The position numbers and the translations under genes were made by a program. A stretch of DNA of 64,000 bases from Candidatus Omnitrophota bacterium. GTDB lineage: Bacteria > Omnitrophota > Gorgyraeia > Zapsychrales > Zapsychraceae. The DNA lies in the NCBI GenBank assembly GCA_029261055.1, contig JAJDCA010000044.1, positions 141,867 through 205,866 on the forward strand, read 5' to 3'. The notes beneath the pieces were generated by a model. The model did not search any database and was not told the origin of the DNA. It saw only the letters and a program-made list of their open reading frames with translations. Of the stretch, positions 18,406 to 29,193 are shown one piece after another (positions within the stretch are counted from its first letter, which is position 1; each line of letters opens with the position of its first letter).

Positions 18406-19404
18406 ATGAAGAAATTCCTATTTTATTGTTTAATCCTTTTTTGTTTTAATGTTCCGGTTTACGCGCAGCAAGTCGTGTCACAACAGGTGGCTGTAGAAAA
18501 CCACGAAACTCAAGCCATATCGTTTCTGCATAAAATTTTTTCCTCCGAAAGCTTATCTGACCCCAATTTTATCCCACGAAAAGTTTGGCAAACCATCTTT
18601 GTCATCTTGATCGCCTATATCATGATGTTCGCTATGATCAGTTTTATCAACCGGCGAGTTCAAGATATTAAAGCAAGACATACCGTCCGTAAGAATATTA
18701 TTTATATTTCAAGTTTAACGGTCATTGTTGTTGTATTTTTTATCTGGATTCAAAATATCAACTCGATCACAATTTTTCTTGGTGTGGCCGGTGCCGGTAT
18801 TGCTCTGGCTTTACAAGAAGTTATTCTAAGTATTGCCGGATGGCTTTTAATTATGATGCGCCGCCCGTTTTCAGTGGGGGATCGTATTGAAATAAACGGT
18901 GTAAAAGGAGATGTTATTGACATCCGTCTTTTTCAGACATCTCTGCTGGAAATCGGTAATTGGGTCGATGCCGACCAAAGTACCGGACGTATAGTTAATT
19001 TCCCAAATAGTTATGTTTACAAAGCTGCAAACTACAATTACAGTCGTGGATTTGAATTTATCTGGAATGAAATTCCTATTTTAGTCACCTTTGAAAGTGA
19101 TTGGAAAAGGGGCCGCGATATTATGATGCGGCACGCAAAAAATTTAGCCGAAGGTATGGAAGAAGCCATGCGACGAAAAATCGATGCCATGCGCAACCGT
19201 TATATGATTTATTACGGAAAACTCACCCCTATCGTATATGTTAATATTAAAGATAGCGGCGTGGAACTCACATTACGGTATTTGACTGATGCCAAAAAGC
19301 GCAGATCAACAGAAGACCAATTGTGTCAGGCGATTCTCGATGATTTTGCCAAGGACGAATCTGTAAATTTTGCGTATCCAACATATAGAATTATAAAAAC
19401 ATGA
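18406..19404 (+). CDS. Small-conductance mechanosensitive channel (MscS family)
   Basis: TM helices; GAGIALALQE; RPFSVGDRIEINGVKGDVIDI. TTGACA at 18355 suggests the start lies downstream of the ORF-track start. Confidence 0.9.
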   Translation: MKKFLFYCLILFCFNVPVYAQQVVSQQVAVENHETQAISFLHKIFSSESLSDPNFIPRKVWQTIFVILIAYIMMFAMISFINRRVQDIKARHTVRKNIIYISSLTVIVVVFFIWIQNINSITIFLGVAGAGIALALQEVILSIAGWLLIMMRRPFSVGDRIEINGVKGDVIDIRLFQTSLLEIGNWVDADQSTGRIVNFPNSYVYKAANYNYSRGFEFIWNEIPILVTFESDWKRGRDIMMRHAKNLAEGMEEAMRRKIDAMRNRYMIYYGKLTPIVYVNIKDSGVELTLRYLTDAKKRRSTEDQLCQAILDDFAKDESVNFAYPTYRIIKT

Positions 19405-19985
19405 AGAAAATAAATTATCCCATATTTTTCATATTAGTGTGCCTACTTACCGGATGTTCATGGATTCATTCCAAAAAAAAAGATATTTCTAATAGAGACG
19501 AATCGATTTGGAAAGAAATGGGCTCTGCACAATTTGTAGAAACCGGTAAAATTGTAAACCCTCAACGTATTGCTAACGGGGGAAACTTGCTTATTATTCC
19601 ATTTCGGGCCGGCCCAGATGTTGAAGCTAATGATAATCTGGATAAAATAACGCTTATGATTATTAAAGGTGTCTCTGATATTATTGAAGAAAACGATGCT
19701 AATTTAAAAGTCCTTGTCGCCCAAAATGCCCAGGATGCTGAATTTATCATTGATGGACATATTACTCACGTAGATGCCTCGACAAAAATGAATAAATTAA
19801 TACTTCGCAAAAACAATATAACCCTAAGTGTAAAAGGACAAATGGTTGATCGTAATACAGGAGAACTGATAGCTGTTTTTACGGATACTTTAGTATCAAA
19901 CAAAAAGGAAGAAAACCACAGGCAATTAGGTTATGCCATCGGACGAAATATCGGACGCTTCCTACTCAGTAGGAGTCAACATTGA
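19401..19985 (+). CDS. Lipoprotein, hypothetical
   Basis: Lipobox LLTGC; alpha/beta pattern resembling CsgG/DUF4410-like proteins. Confidence 0.6.
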   Translation: MKKINYPIFFILVCLLTGCSWIHSKKKDISNRDESIWKEMGSAQFVETGKIVNPQRIANGGNLLIIPFRAGPDVEANDNLDKITLMIIKGVSDIIEENDANLKVLVAQNAQDAEFIIDGHITHVDASTKMNKLILRKNNITLSVKGQMVDRNTGELIAVFTDTLVSNKKEENHRQLGYAIGRNIGRFLLSRSQH

Positions 19986-20944
19986 TAGTCGTAACAGGTG
20001 CATCCGGTTTTATTGGTAGTTGTATTGTTGCCAAACTCAACGAACGTAATCAAAATGATTTAATTTTGGTAGATGAAGTTTCCGGAGATCAATCCCTTAA
20101 TCTGCGCAATAAAAAATATGCGAAATATTACAATAAAAATCAGTTTCTTGAGACTATACTCAAAGATACTTTAGAAAAAAATATAGAATGCATTATTCAT
20201 ATGGGCGCATGCAGTTCGACCACATTACAAGATGCTGAATATTTTAAAAAAAATAATTTCGAATATACACAACATTTAGCCCAATGGGCCTTAAAACACA
20301 ATGTTCGTTTTATTTATGCCAGTTCAGCGGCGACTTATGGCGATGGCTCTATCGGATATAAAGATGATGATGAAACTGTACGCCGATGCAAACCTTTGAA
20401 CCTTTATGGGGAATCTAAACAAAATTTTGATCAATGGGCCTTGGACAATAATCTTTTAGATAAAATGGTAGGACTCAAATTTTTTAATGTCTTTGGTCCG
20501 AATGAATATCATAAAGATGATATGCGTAGTGTTGTGGCTAAAGCCTATAAAAAAGTGGTCGATAAAGGCAAAATAAGTCTCTTTAAATCATATAATGCCG
20601 AATACAAAGACGGAGAGCAAAAAAGAGATTTTATTTATGTCAAAGATGCCGTTAATGTCGTGATGTTTTTTGTAGATCATCCAAATATTTATGGTATTTT
20701 CAATGTAGGAACAGGAGAAGCATGTACGTGGAATGACTTAGCCAGCGCCTTATTTAAAGCCGTCAAAAAACCACTTTACGTTGACTATATCGAAATGCCT
20801 GATTCATTACAAAAACGTTATCAATATTTTACACAAGCTGACATGAACAAATTAAAAAATTGTGGTTATGATACACCTTTTACGTCACTTGAAAATGCTG
20901 TTGCAGATTATGCAGCGTATCTCCAAGATGAAAAATATTTATAA
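19982..20944 (+). CDS. hldD: ADP-L-glycero-D-manno-heptose 6-epimerase
   Basis: IVVTGASGFIGS, HMGACSST, YASSAATYG, PLNLYGESK, FFNVFGPNEYHK. Confidence 0.93.
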   Translation: MIVVTGASGFIGSCIVAKLNERNQNDLILVDEVSGDQSLNLRNKKYAKYYNKNQFLETILKDTLEKNIECIIHMGACSSTTLQDAEYFKKNNFEYTQHLAQWALKHNVRFIYASSAATYGDGSIGYKDDDETVRRCKPLNLYGESKQNFDQWALDNNLLDKMVGLKFFNVFGPNEYHKDDMRSVVAKAYKKVVDKGKISLFKSYNAEYKDGEQKRDFIYVKDAVNVVMFFVDHPNIYGIFNVGTGEACTWNDLASALFKAVKKPLYVDYIEMPDSLQKRYQYFTQADMNKLKNCGYDTPFTSLENAVADYAAYLQDEKYL

Positions 20945-20974
20945 AAACTCAAACATTCTATTAGGAGAGTCCAT

Positions 20975-21985
20975 ATGTTAATTTATATTCTCATAGGTAT
21001 CACAGGTGTTGCTCTATGTCTGGGTATTTTTCTCATTTTAAAAGGGCTCCGATCATCCGCAGAAACAGATGGAGCAGAACCTATACCCATTACAAATATT
21101 AATGAAATTAAGGAAATCCAATCTTCAAAAAAAGAAATTTCTACTTCACCATTTACTAAATTAAAACAAGAAAACCAAAATCTCACAGAAGCTTTAAAAC
21201 AAGAAATGACATCAAAGGACCCCATAACACTTTCTGAAGAAGAAAAACAACAGCTGGAAGAAAAATCACGAAAATTGACGGATGCACAAAAATCTATTGA
21301 GAATCTCACCGAAGAAAACCACAAACTTCAAAAGAAATTTGATGAATTAAAACCAGTATCTGAAGAAAAAATGAACCAAGCAGCCGACATTATTTCCGAG
21401 TCTCAAGCTAAAATTGAAGAACTCAAACAAAAACCAACGGAAACTTCAACAGAAGGCCTTCAAGAAAAAAATACTGAAATTGAAACTTTGCAAGCAAAGT
21501 TAAATCAAACGGCAGACGCCATCGAAGTCCTTGAAAAAAATGCTGAAGAGTCCGAGGCAAATCAAATTCAAAACAATGAAAATGAATGTAAACTTAAGGC
21601 TCTAGAAGAAGAATTAAATGACCTTCAGACAATATCAAATCAAAAAATACATCAAGCGGCAGATATTATCGAATCACAAAATAAAAAGATTCAAGATCTA
21701 GAAACTCAAAAATCATCTTTAGAAAAAAAAATAACCGAACAATCTGAATCTAATACAAAAAAGTTTAGTGAAAAAGAAACTTTAGAAAATAAAATTCTTG
21801 AATTGGATAAAACCAATGCTGACTTACAAACCCAATTAAACGGGGTTAAAGAATATAATGTCCACCTATTAGAAAAGGAAAAACGCCTGGATTATGATTT
21901 GAGTAAAAGCCGAGCTCAATCTATGGGATTAGAAAAAATCTGTGAAGACTTTAAAGTAAAAATTGAAGCCAGCGAAAACCACTAA
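20975..21985 (+). CDS. Membrane-anchored coiled-coil protein
   Basis: AGGAG RBS; N-terminal TM helix; E/K/Q-rich heptads with repeated QAADII. Confidence 0.7.
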   Translation: MLIYILIGITGVALCLGIFLILKGLRSSAETDGAEPIPITNINEIKEIQSSKKEISTSPFTKLKQENQNLTEALKQEMTSKDPITLSEEEKQQLEEKSRKLTDAQKSIENLTEENHKLQKKFDELKPVSEEKMNQAADIISESQAKIEELKQKPTETSTEGLQEKNTEIETLQAKLNQTADAIEVLEKNAEESEANQIQNNENECKLKALEEELNDLQTISNQKIHQAADIIESQNKKIQDLETQKSSLEKKITEQSESNTKKFSEKETLENKILELDKTNADLQTQLNGVKEYNVHLLEKEKRLDYDLSKSRAQSMGLEKICEDFKVKIEASENH

Positions 21986-21995
21986 AAATCAACCG

Positions 21996-22469
21996 ATGAC
22001 AGAAACTAAAAAGAAATCTAAATTAAAAACAGTCTTAACTGAAGATATTATGACAGATGATGTGTCCGTCATAAAAGAAGACATGCTCATCGGGCAAGCG
22101 GCCCATCTTATGCTGCGGCATCGTATTAGTGGATACCCTATTGTTGATGATGACAAAAAAGTTGTAGGAATTATAACGTTAACAGATTTATTTGTTCTCA
22201 TAGATAAAATTGTTAAAGAAAGTGATACCAGTCCTCAAGGAACGCTGAGCGGAAGCTTAGAAGAAAAACTTTCCCTATGTAAAAATATGCCGGTTTCTTC
22301 GATTATGACAAAAAATGTCCTTTCGATTGCACCCAAAACGCCTTTAATTGCTATTATTGAAACAGTAGTTAACACAAATCTACATACTTTTCCCGTTATG
22401 GAAAATAATAAATTGGTTGGAATTATCGGTCGGCACGATGTACTCAACGCAACATTTGTGTATGGCTGA
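21996..22469 (+). CDS. CBS domain pair protein
   Basis: DIMT..ISGYPIVD..VGIITLTD and SIMTKNV..FPVMENNKLVGII. Confidence 0.9.
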   Translation: MTETKKKSKLKTVLTEDIMTDDVSVIKEDMLIGQAAHLMLRHRISGYPIVDDDKKVVGIITLTDLFVLIDKIVKESDTSPQGTLSGSLEEKLSLCKNMPVSSIMTKNVLSIAPKTPLIAIIETVVNTNLHTFPVMENNKLVGIIGRHDVLNATFVYG

Positions 22470-23370
22470 TTCAACATCCAAAGCCCACAGTCTCCTGAAG
22501 CAAAAACCTCTCGTAGAATCATTTCTCAACACAACATCTTCACCTTTATCAAGTCGCGCCTTTGTAAATATTTTTCTTTGGCAAAATTTCTTCACATTTG
22601 TATTTAAAATTATTGAAAATAACCTCTGTGTATTTGCTCAAAATACATTAGGTTCTTTTCTTTATATGCCGCCATTAGGAAAAACTATTTCACCAAAAAC
22701 TATATTTAGTTGTTTCAAAATAATGGAAGACTTTAATAAAAATATTGCAAGAATTGAAAATGTCAGCTCAGATCAATTACACTATTTCTCAAAGAAAGAA
22801 TTTTCTTTTTATAAAAAAGATCAAGATTATGTCTATACAAAAAATGATATTATTAGCCTTAAAGGCCAAAGATATAAATCAAAAAGGGCATCCCGCAATC
22901 AATTCACCCAAAATTATTCTTTTTGCTACCTGCCCTATGAACAGAGCATGAAAGATGAATGCCTTGCTCTTTATGATCAATGGGCCAAAAGCCGACAGAA
23001 AAACAATGTAGATGAAATATACGGCCAAATGCTTCAAGAAAGCAGAGAGGCCCATCAATTAGCCTTTCACCATTACCAGGACTTAAATTTAATCGGGCGT
23101 GTAATTCTTATCCATGATAGAATATCTGCTTACACATTTGGATTTGAATTAGAGGACACAACTTTTTGTGTCCTGTTGGAAATTACAGATCTCACAATAA
23201 AAGGACTGGCCACATTTATTTTCAGCCAATTCTGTAATGATCCTCAATTGAAAAAATACACATTTATTAATGTTATGGATGATTGTGCTTTACCGAATAT
23301 GCAACGTACCAAAATGTCGTTTCGCCCTACGCTGTTACATCCATCGTATATTGTGACAAAACACGCATAG
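22462..23370 (+). CDS. DUF2156 (GNAT-like, aminoacyl-PG synthase C-terminal-like) protein
   Basis: DYVY..DIISLKGQRYKSKR..RNQF and INVMDD...RTKMSFRP. Confidence 0.8.
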   Translation: MADSTSKAHSLLKQKPLVESFLNTTSSPLSSRAFVNIFLWQNFFTFVFKIIENNLCVFAQNTLGSFLYMPPLGKTISPKTIFSCFKIMEDFNKNIARIENVSSDQLHYFSKKEFSFYKKDQDYVYTKNDIISLKGQRYKSKRASRNQFTQNYSFCYLPYEQSMKDECLALYDQWAKSRQKNNVDEIYGQMLQESREAHQLAFHHYQDLNLIGRVILIHDRISAYTFGFELEDTTFCVLLEITDLTIKGLATFIFSQFCNDPQLKKYTFINVMDDCALPNMQRTKMSFRPTLLHPSYIVTKHA

Positions 23371-23374
23371 TTTC

Positions 23375-24784
23375 ATGAATACATATCTCTACAAATCAAT
23401 AAACTTTTCCATAGATCCCATACATGTGTTTGATCTTTTTGCGGATGAATCTTACCTATTTTTTCTAGACAGCAGCAGCCATCATTCCTGCAATGGACGC
23501 TATTCCATCATAGGATTTGATCCCTTTGATACTTTTGAATGTCAAGGAAAAGCAACTTTAGATAAATTAAAAGAAAAATTTCTCAGTTACCAAAAAATTC
23601 TTGGCCCAATTACGAGCGCGCGCTCGCAATTGACATCAGGCATCGTTGGTTATCTTTCTTATGATTATGGCTTATCGCAAGAAAACATTAAAACTGTCGC
23701 AAAAGACGACTTTAAAATGCCTGATTGTTTTTTTGGATTTTATGATTGTATTCTCACGATCGACCATGTGACACAAACACTGACGATAAGTTCATCTGGA
23801 TTGCCTGAATCAAACGCTCGATTAAGACAAAAACGTGCTAAGTCACGCATTAACACCATTACCCAAAAACTTTCACAACTGCCCGATAACCCAAAAAATT
23901 CTTCGCAGGCTGATGTTTGCATAAACACCGATGAGCCAGACTTACATACGCTTCCACTAACATGTAATTTATCAAAAGAACAATATTTTTCAGCTGTGAA
24001 TAAAGCCTTAAATTATATTGCGAATGGCGATATTTATCAGGTTAACTTATCGCAAAGGTTTGAATACGCGCCAAAAAAACCGGATATATCCCCAACGGCT
24101 GTTTATAAATCTTTACGGAATTTATCACCCTGTACATATGGAGCCTATTTCGATGGAGGTAATTTTCAAATCCTCAGCAATTCTCCTGAACAATTTTTAC
24201 AACTCAATGATCGGCTTGTACACACTCAACCAATGAAGGGAACACGCCCACGTGCACACAACGAACAAAAAGATAAAGAATTAAAACAAGAACTCTTACA
24301 GAGCGCTAAAGATAAAGCTGAACTTTTAATGATAACAGATCTTCTTCGGAATGATCTCGGTAAAGTCTGCGATTACCGTTCCATACACGTCAAAAAAATG
24401 CGTACGCTTGAAAAATATCCCTATGTATTCCAAATGACATCGACTATCGAAGGGACACTGCAAGAAACAAAAGATGCCTTTGATCTTCTCAAGGCCTGTT
24501 TTCCAGGAGGATCCATCACAGGATGTCCTAAAATCCGGGCTATGGAAATCATTGAAGAATTAGAACCGACGAGAAGAGGACCCTACACCGGAAGCCTCGG
24601 CTATATTGATTTTTCCGGAAATATGGATTTTAATATTTTGATTCGATCCCTATTGTCCATCAATAATAAATATTATTTTCAAACGGGAGGGGGGATCGTA
24701 TCGGACTCTACGCCCGAAGAAGAGTATCAAGAAACACTGGTAAAAACACGTGCGCTACGTACGTGTCTACAACAAAGCTTTTGA
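23375..24784 (+). CDS. pabB: Aminodeoxychorismate synthase component I
   Basis: GDIYQVNLS, SPEQFL, PMKGTRPR, AELLMITDLLRND, FPGGSITGCPK. Confidence 0.88.
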   Translation: MNTYLYKSINFSIDPIHVFDLFADESYLFFLDSSSHHSCNGRYSIIGFDPFDTFECQGKATLDKLKEKFLSYQKILGPITSARSQLTSGIVGYLSYDYGLSQENIKTVAKDDFKMPDCFFGFYDCILTIDHVTQTLTISSSGLPESNARLRQKRAKSRINTITQKLSQLPDNPKNSSQADVCINTDEPDLHTLPLTCNLSKEQYFSAVNKALNYIANGDIYQVNLSQRFEYAPKKPDISPTAVYKSLRNLSPCTYGAYFDGGNFQILSNSPEQFLQLNDRLVHTQPMKGTRPRAHNEQKDKELKQELLQSAKDKAELLMITDLLRNDLGKVCDYRSIHVKKMRTLEKYPYVFQMTSTIEGTLQETKDAFDLLKACFPGGSITGCPKIRAMEIIEELEPTRRGPYTGSLGYIDFSGNMDFNILIRSLLSINNKYYFQTGGGIVSDSTPEEEYQETLVKTRALRTCLQQSF

Positions 24785-24785
24785 A

Positions 24786-24843
24786 TTGGCTTTCAGTCGT
24801 CAGGCATCAATAAAACCAAAACACTGACGTCTGATGACTAACT
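24786..24843. repeat. Heptamer-palindrome repeat family, copy d
   Basis: TTGGCTTTCA GTCGTCA GGCATCA-loop-CTGACGT CTGATGA CTAACT; loop similar to copy c. Confidence 0.7.
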
Positions 24844-25668
24844 ATGAAACCTACGACCATATTTCTCGATAAAGAATTTCAAGACGCCAATGCCGCATTA
24901 TTAAAATCATTAACCCCAGGCATTGTTCAAGGCCAAGGTGTTTTTGAAACCATGCGTGTTCTTGATAGAAAAGTCCTACATTGTGAATTACATCTCGGTC
25001 GATTAACTCGAGGATTAAATTTTTTAAAAATACGTATACCGTATTCGAAAAATACGATAAAAAATTATTTACAAAAAATACTTGAAATGAACTTATACAA
25101 AAATGCTCGTATACGTTTAATGGTTTGGGCAGAGAAGGAAAAGGTAAGAGTCGGCATTATACCTCAACCATATCCAATAATTTCCTCACACCAATATAAA
25201 AAAGGCTACAAAGCCATTATTGCCTCATTCACACGTCCGCAAACACGGTTGTCACATATCAAATCCCTTGATTATTCCATTTTTCACAAGGCTTATCAAG
25301 AAGCGCAAGCACATCATTGTGATGAGGCAATCTTACTCAATTCAAAAGGAAAAGTTGTTGAAGGATCCCGAACCAACATTTTCTTTGTCAAAAACCAAAT
25401 CCTGTATACTCCAGCCGTCCACTGTGGCTGCCTCAACGGCATCACCCGTCAACTCGTCATTCAAAGCGCACGCAAAATAGGAATTCCCTACAAAACAGTC
25501 CAAGCCAATGCAGATCAACTATTTACAGCTAATGAAGTCTTTTTAACCAACGCTTTAATAGGTATTATGCCGTTAAAACGTCTTAATAATAAGCCTCTTA
25601 ACCACCCAAAATTGAATGCTATAACTAATAATATGTGTAAAATGTATAATAAACTCACTTTAAATTAA
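24844..25668 (+). CDS. pabC: Class IV aminotransferase (probable ADC lyase)
   Basis: GVFETMR, HIKSLDY, EGSRTNIFF, LNGITR; adjacent to pabB. Confidence 0.75.
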   Translation: MKPTTIFLDKEFQDANAALLKSLTPGIVQGQGVFETMRVLDRKVLHCELHLGRLTRGLNFLKIRIPYSKNTIKNYLQKILEMNLYKNARIRLMVWAEKEKVRVGIIPQPYPIISSHQYKKGYKAIIASFTRPQTRLSHIKSLDYSIFHKAYQEAQAHHCDEAILLNSKGKVVEGSRTNIFFVKNQILYTPAVHCGCLNGITRQLVIQSARKIGIPYKTVQANADQLFTANEVFLTNALIGIMPLKRLNNKPLNHPKLNAITNNMCKMYNKLTLN

Positions 25669-25697
25669 ATCTTAATTCTTAAGTTGCCCTAAGAGGG

Positions 25698-26714
25698 GTG
25701 AATATGTATAATGTATTCCGTATGAAACATATAAATATAATTATTATTAAGATAATCGTCTTTTGCACATTCATTTGTACGGCCGTAGCAACATCAGCCC
25801 AAATGGATATTTCAGGTGGAAACTCGCAATATGATGATTTCAACACAATTAAGTCCCAAATTACGTCGCTCGTAAATAAAAATGTGGCCTTGCTTCAACA
25901 ACAAGAGTTGCTCAAACAACAACTCTCAACGTTACAAAAGCGCAGCCACCAACAAAAAAAAGAATTAAAAAAAACGGAACAAATTTCACGTGAGAATACG
26001 CAAACACGAAAATCAAAACAGGATTCACTTCATTCAAATCATAAAAGTGTTGGAACCCTTGAAAATGATAAAATGATTCTAGAAAGTAAAATTAATTTCC
26101 TAAGCAAAAACCTTTTAGATTTTACAGAAAAAGAAAAAATATTAAAATTACAACTATCCAACCTACAATACGAAAAAAGGGAATTAGAAATCAATGCTAA
26201 ATGGGCTTCTTTGAAAAAGAGTGAAAATCAAAAAAGACAGCAAGAAGAACTTAATTATTTACAACAAAAGTTAGAAGATACCCACAACAAAAAAAATGAA
26301 TCTGCTAAAATAATTGCGGGCATTAAAAAAAATGAAAATTCTTCCCCCAAAATTCTTCAAGAATTAAAACAGAATAATCAAGATTTAGATTATGAACTCC
26401 TTACATTACAAAAAAAGAAAAATCTCATGGCTGAGAAAATCGCCCATTTAGCAGCAAAACAACTATCGGAAAAGGAATCATTTGACCAAACGCTAAAAAC
26501 CAGAAACGAAGAAAAAAATTCTCTTAAAGAGGAAGTTAAAAATTTAGAAAAGGATCATAATTCAATCACAAAAAAAGTTCATAATTCACTCTCGAAACAA
26601 AAACAAAAACGACAATTACTTGATAAAATAATTCATATCGATAAAGAAAACCAAGAATTACGTCAAGAACTTCAAGACTTAAAAAAACAAACTAAGGATA
26701 TAAATAATGGATGA
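25698..26714 (+). CDS. Secreted coiled-coil protein
   Basis: Signal peptide followed by long K/Q/E/L heptads; exact start uncertain. Confidence 0.65.
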   Translation: MNMYNVFRMKHINIIIIKIIVFCTFICTAVATSAQMDISGGNSQYDDFNTIKSQITSLVNKNVALLQQQELLKQQLSTLQKRSHQQKKELKKTEQISRENTQTRKSKQDSLHSNHKSVGTLENDKMILESKINFLSKNLLDFTEKEKILKLQLSNLQYEKRELEINAKWASLKKSENQKRQQEELNYLQQKLEDTHNKKNESAKIIAGIKKNENSSPKILQELKQNNQDLDYELLTLQKKKNLMAEKIAHLAAKQLSEKESFDQTLKTRNEEKNSLKEEVKNLEKDHNSITKKVHNSLSKQKQKRQLLDKIIHIDKENQELRQELQDLKKQTKDINNG

Positions 26715-27192
26715 AATACTGGAAATCTTATCAAATGATGCCCGTATTACGGCTGAAGAAATTGCCAAATTGACACAAAAATCTGTTGATACGGTAAAAA
26801 AGACAATTAAAAAATATGAAAAAAATGGGACTATTATCAAATACAAAACGATAATTAATGCTGATTTAGTACGTGATAGCAACTCTTTTGTGCGCGCAAT
26901 CATTGAAGTAAGTGTCAGCCCACAAAAAGATGCCGGATTTGATCATATTGCTAAACGCATTTACAGCTTTCCGGAAGTCACAAGCTGTTATCTTCTCTCC
27001 GGAGCTTATGATCTTTTATTAGTCGTTGAAGGTGAAAATTTGCAAACAGTTTCAAATTTTATTGCTAGTAAACTTTCCCCGATGGCACATGTCCGCAGCA
27101 CTTCCACACATTTTCTTTTAAAGAAATATAAAGAAGACGGTCAAATTCTAAAGAAAAAACCACAAGGGAAAAGGCTTAATATTTCTTATTAA
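26707..27192 (+). CDS. Lrp/AsnC family transcriptional regulator
   Basis: ILEILSNDAR HTH and FPEVTSCYLLSGAYDLL. Confidence 0.92.
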   Translation: MDEILEILSNDARITAEEIAKLTQKSVDTVKKTIKKYEKNGTIIKYKTIINADLVRDSNSFVRAIIEVSVSPQKDAGFDHIAKRIYSFPEVTSCYLLSGAYDLLLVVEGENLQTVSNFIASKLSPMAHVRSTSTHFLLKKYKEDGQILKKKPQGKRLNISY

Positions 27193-27204
27193 GGATTTAT
27201 ACTC

Positions 27205-28368
27205 ATGCAAGTTAATATTTCTAAACGTGTTGAACAACTCGCTCCATCAGGAATACGCGCCTTTTTTGACCTTGTGCTCAATATGAAAAATGTTATTTCT
27301 CTGGGCGTTGGTGAACCAGACTTTATCACACCCTGGCATATTCGCGAAGCCGCCATTGATTCTCTGGATCAAGGGTATACTTCTTACACATCAAATAAGG
27401 GAATGCCTGAATTACGCAAACAGATTTGTACCTTTTTAAAACATCGTTATGGCATGAGCTATGATCCTGAGGAAGAAACCTTAATTACCGTAGGTGTCAG
27501 TGAAGGATTAGATCTTGTCATGCGTGCTATTTTGAATCCCGGAAATAAAGTTCTTGTGCCTGAACCCGCATACGTTTCTTATAGCCCTGTCGTCGAATTA
27601 GCCGGTGGAAAGACCATTCTTTTAAAAACAGATATTACAAATCAATTTAAATTAACACCTCAACAAATTGATAAAGCTTGCGTCAAAGGTGTAAAAGCTC
27701 TTATGATTAATTACCCTTGTAATCCAACAGGCGCTTCGTATACCAAAAAAGAATTACAAGCTATTGCCAAAATTATCAAAAAACACAATCTTTTAGTTAT
27801 CAGCGATGAGGTCTACGATGAATTGACTTATGAATTTGACCACACACCGTTTGCTTCACTCAAAGGAATGAAAGAACACGTCATTTATTTTAATGGATTT
27901 TCAAAAGCCTACGCTATGACGGGTTTTAGAATAGGATGGGCTTGTGGGCCATCAAAAATTATTGCGGCCATGACAAAAATCCACCAATATACAATGTTAT
28001 GCCCTTCAATCACAGGGCAAATAGCCGCCCGTGAAGCTTTAAAAAATGGATTCAAAAGTGTGCATGATATGAAAAATGAATATAACCGTCGGCGTCGATT
28101 TATTGTGAAAGCCCTCAATGATATCGGCTTAGAATGTCATTCTCCGGAAGGTGCTTTTTATGTTTTCCCATCGATTAAGAATACAGGGGAGACCTCTATG
28201 GATTTCGCCCAAAACTTATTAAAACAAAAACGTGTGGCCTTGGTTCCCGGGACGGCCTTTGGAGCCTCATGCGAAGGATACGTCCGTATTTCCTATGCAT
28301 CAAGTTATGATAACCTTAAAGAAGCTGTAACACGAATGAAAGAATATTTACATGGCAAAAAAATCTAA
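27205..28368 (+). CDS. Class I/II PLP aminotransferase
   Basis: SLGVGEPDF, NYPCNPTG, SDEVY, GFSKAYAMTGFRIG. Confidence 0.93.
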   Translation: MQVNISKRVEQLAPSGIRAFFDLVLNMKNVISLGVGEPDFITPWHIREAAIDSLDQGYTSYTSNKGMPELRKQICTFLKHRYGMSYDPEEETLITVGVSEGLDLVMRAILNPGNKVLVPEPAYVSYSPVVELAGGKTILLKTDITNQFKLTPQQIDKACVKGVKALMINYPCNPTGASYTKKELQAIAKIIKKHNLLVISDEVYDELTYEFDHTPFASLKGMKEHVIYFNGFSKAYAMTGFRIGWACGPSKIIAAMTKIHQYTMLCPSITGQIAAREALKNGFKSVHDMKNEYNRRRRFIVKALNDIGLECHSPEGAFYVFPSIKNTGETSMDFAQNLLKQKRVALVPGTAFGASCEGYVRISYASSYDNLKEAVTRMKEYLHGKKI

Positions 28369-28741
28369 AACTAAAAAAATTGAATTTGAAATCAAATTTT
28401 ACGAAGGTATCTTAATAAAATCTCCTAATTTTATTGAAGCCTTAGCGGCAATAGGGGATTTATATACAAAAAAAGGCGATTATGAAAAAGGCCTGGTAAT
28501 TGATCAGAAATTAGCACGATTACGGCCTGAAGATCCTATGATCCTTTATAATCTGGCTTGTAGTTATTCTCTACTCAACCACATTGATACAGCTTTAACA
28601 ACAATTAAGCGTGCTATTCAATGTGGCTACAGAGATTTTCAATATATTCAACAAGACGATGATTTAAATAATTTATTCAAAGATGACCGTTTTCTGCAGT
28701 ATTGGAAAGAAGTTAAAGATACTAAAAAGGTAAATTCATGA
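28352..28741 (+). CDS. TPR protein
   Basis: GDLYTKKG and [18 protein letters not shown] pattern. Confidence 0.8.
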   Translation: MAKKSKTKKIEFEIKFYEGILIKSPNFIEALAAIGDLYTKKGDYEKGLVIDQKLARLRPEDPMILYNLACSYSLLNHIDTALTTIKRAIQCGYRDFQYIQQDDDLNNLFKDDRFLQYWKEVKDTKKVNS

Positions 28742-29157
28742 AATCTTACCGTGAAGAACTATATTTTAATACTCCTGAGCGAAGAGGATACATCAATATC
28801 ACACCACAAGTTCAGCAGGCTATTGATAAAAGTGGTGTAAAAGAAGGGCTTTGTTTGGTCAATGCCATGCATATCACGGCCAGCGTGTACATCAATGATG
28901 ATGAACGCGGCCTGATCGGCGATTATGATAAATGGTTGGAACAACTTGCTCCCCATGCACCCACCTCTCAATACCGCCACAACGATACCGGCGAAGACAA
29001 TGCCGATGCCCATATGAAACGCCAAATTATGGGACGGGAAGTCATGGTCGCTATCACCAACGGTCAACTCGACTTTGGTCCCTGGGAACAAATTTTTTAC
29101 GGCGAATTCGATGGCCGCCGTAAAAAACGCACCCTAATAAAAATTATCGGAGAATAA
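28738..29157 (+). CDS. yjbQ: YjbQ/UPF0047 family protein
   Basis: [31 protein letters not shown]. Confidence 0.92.
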   Translation: MKSYREELYFNTPERRGYINITPQVQQAIDKSGVKEGLCLVNAMHITASVYINDDERGLIGDYDKWLEQLAPHAPTSQYRHNDTGEDNADAHMKRQIMGREVMVAITNGQLDFGPWEQIFYGEFDGRRKKRTLIKIIGE

Positions 29158-29193
29158 AAATATTTTGAATAATTTTAAAATAGGAGATACAGA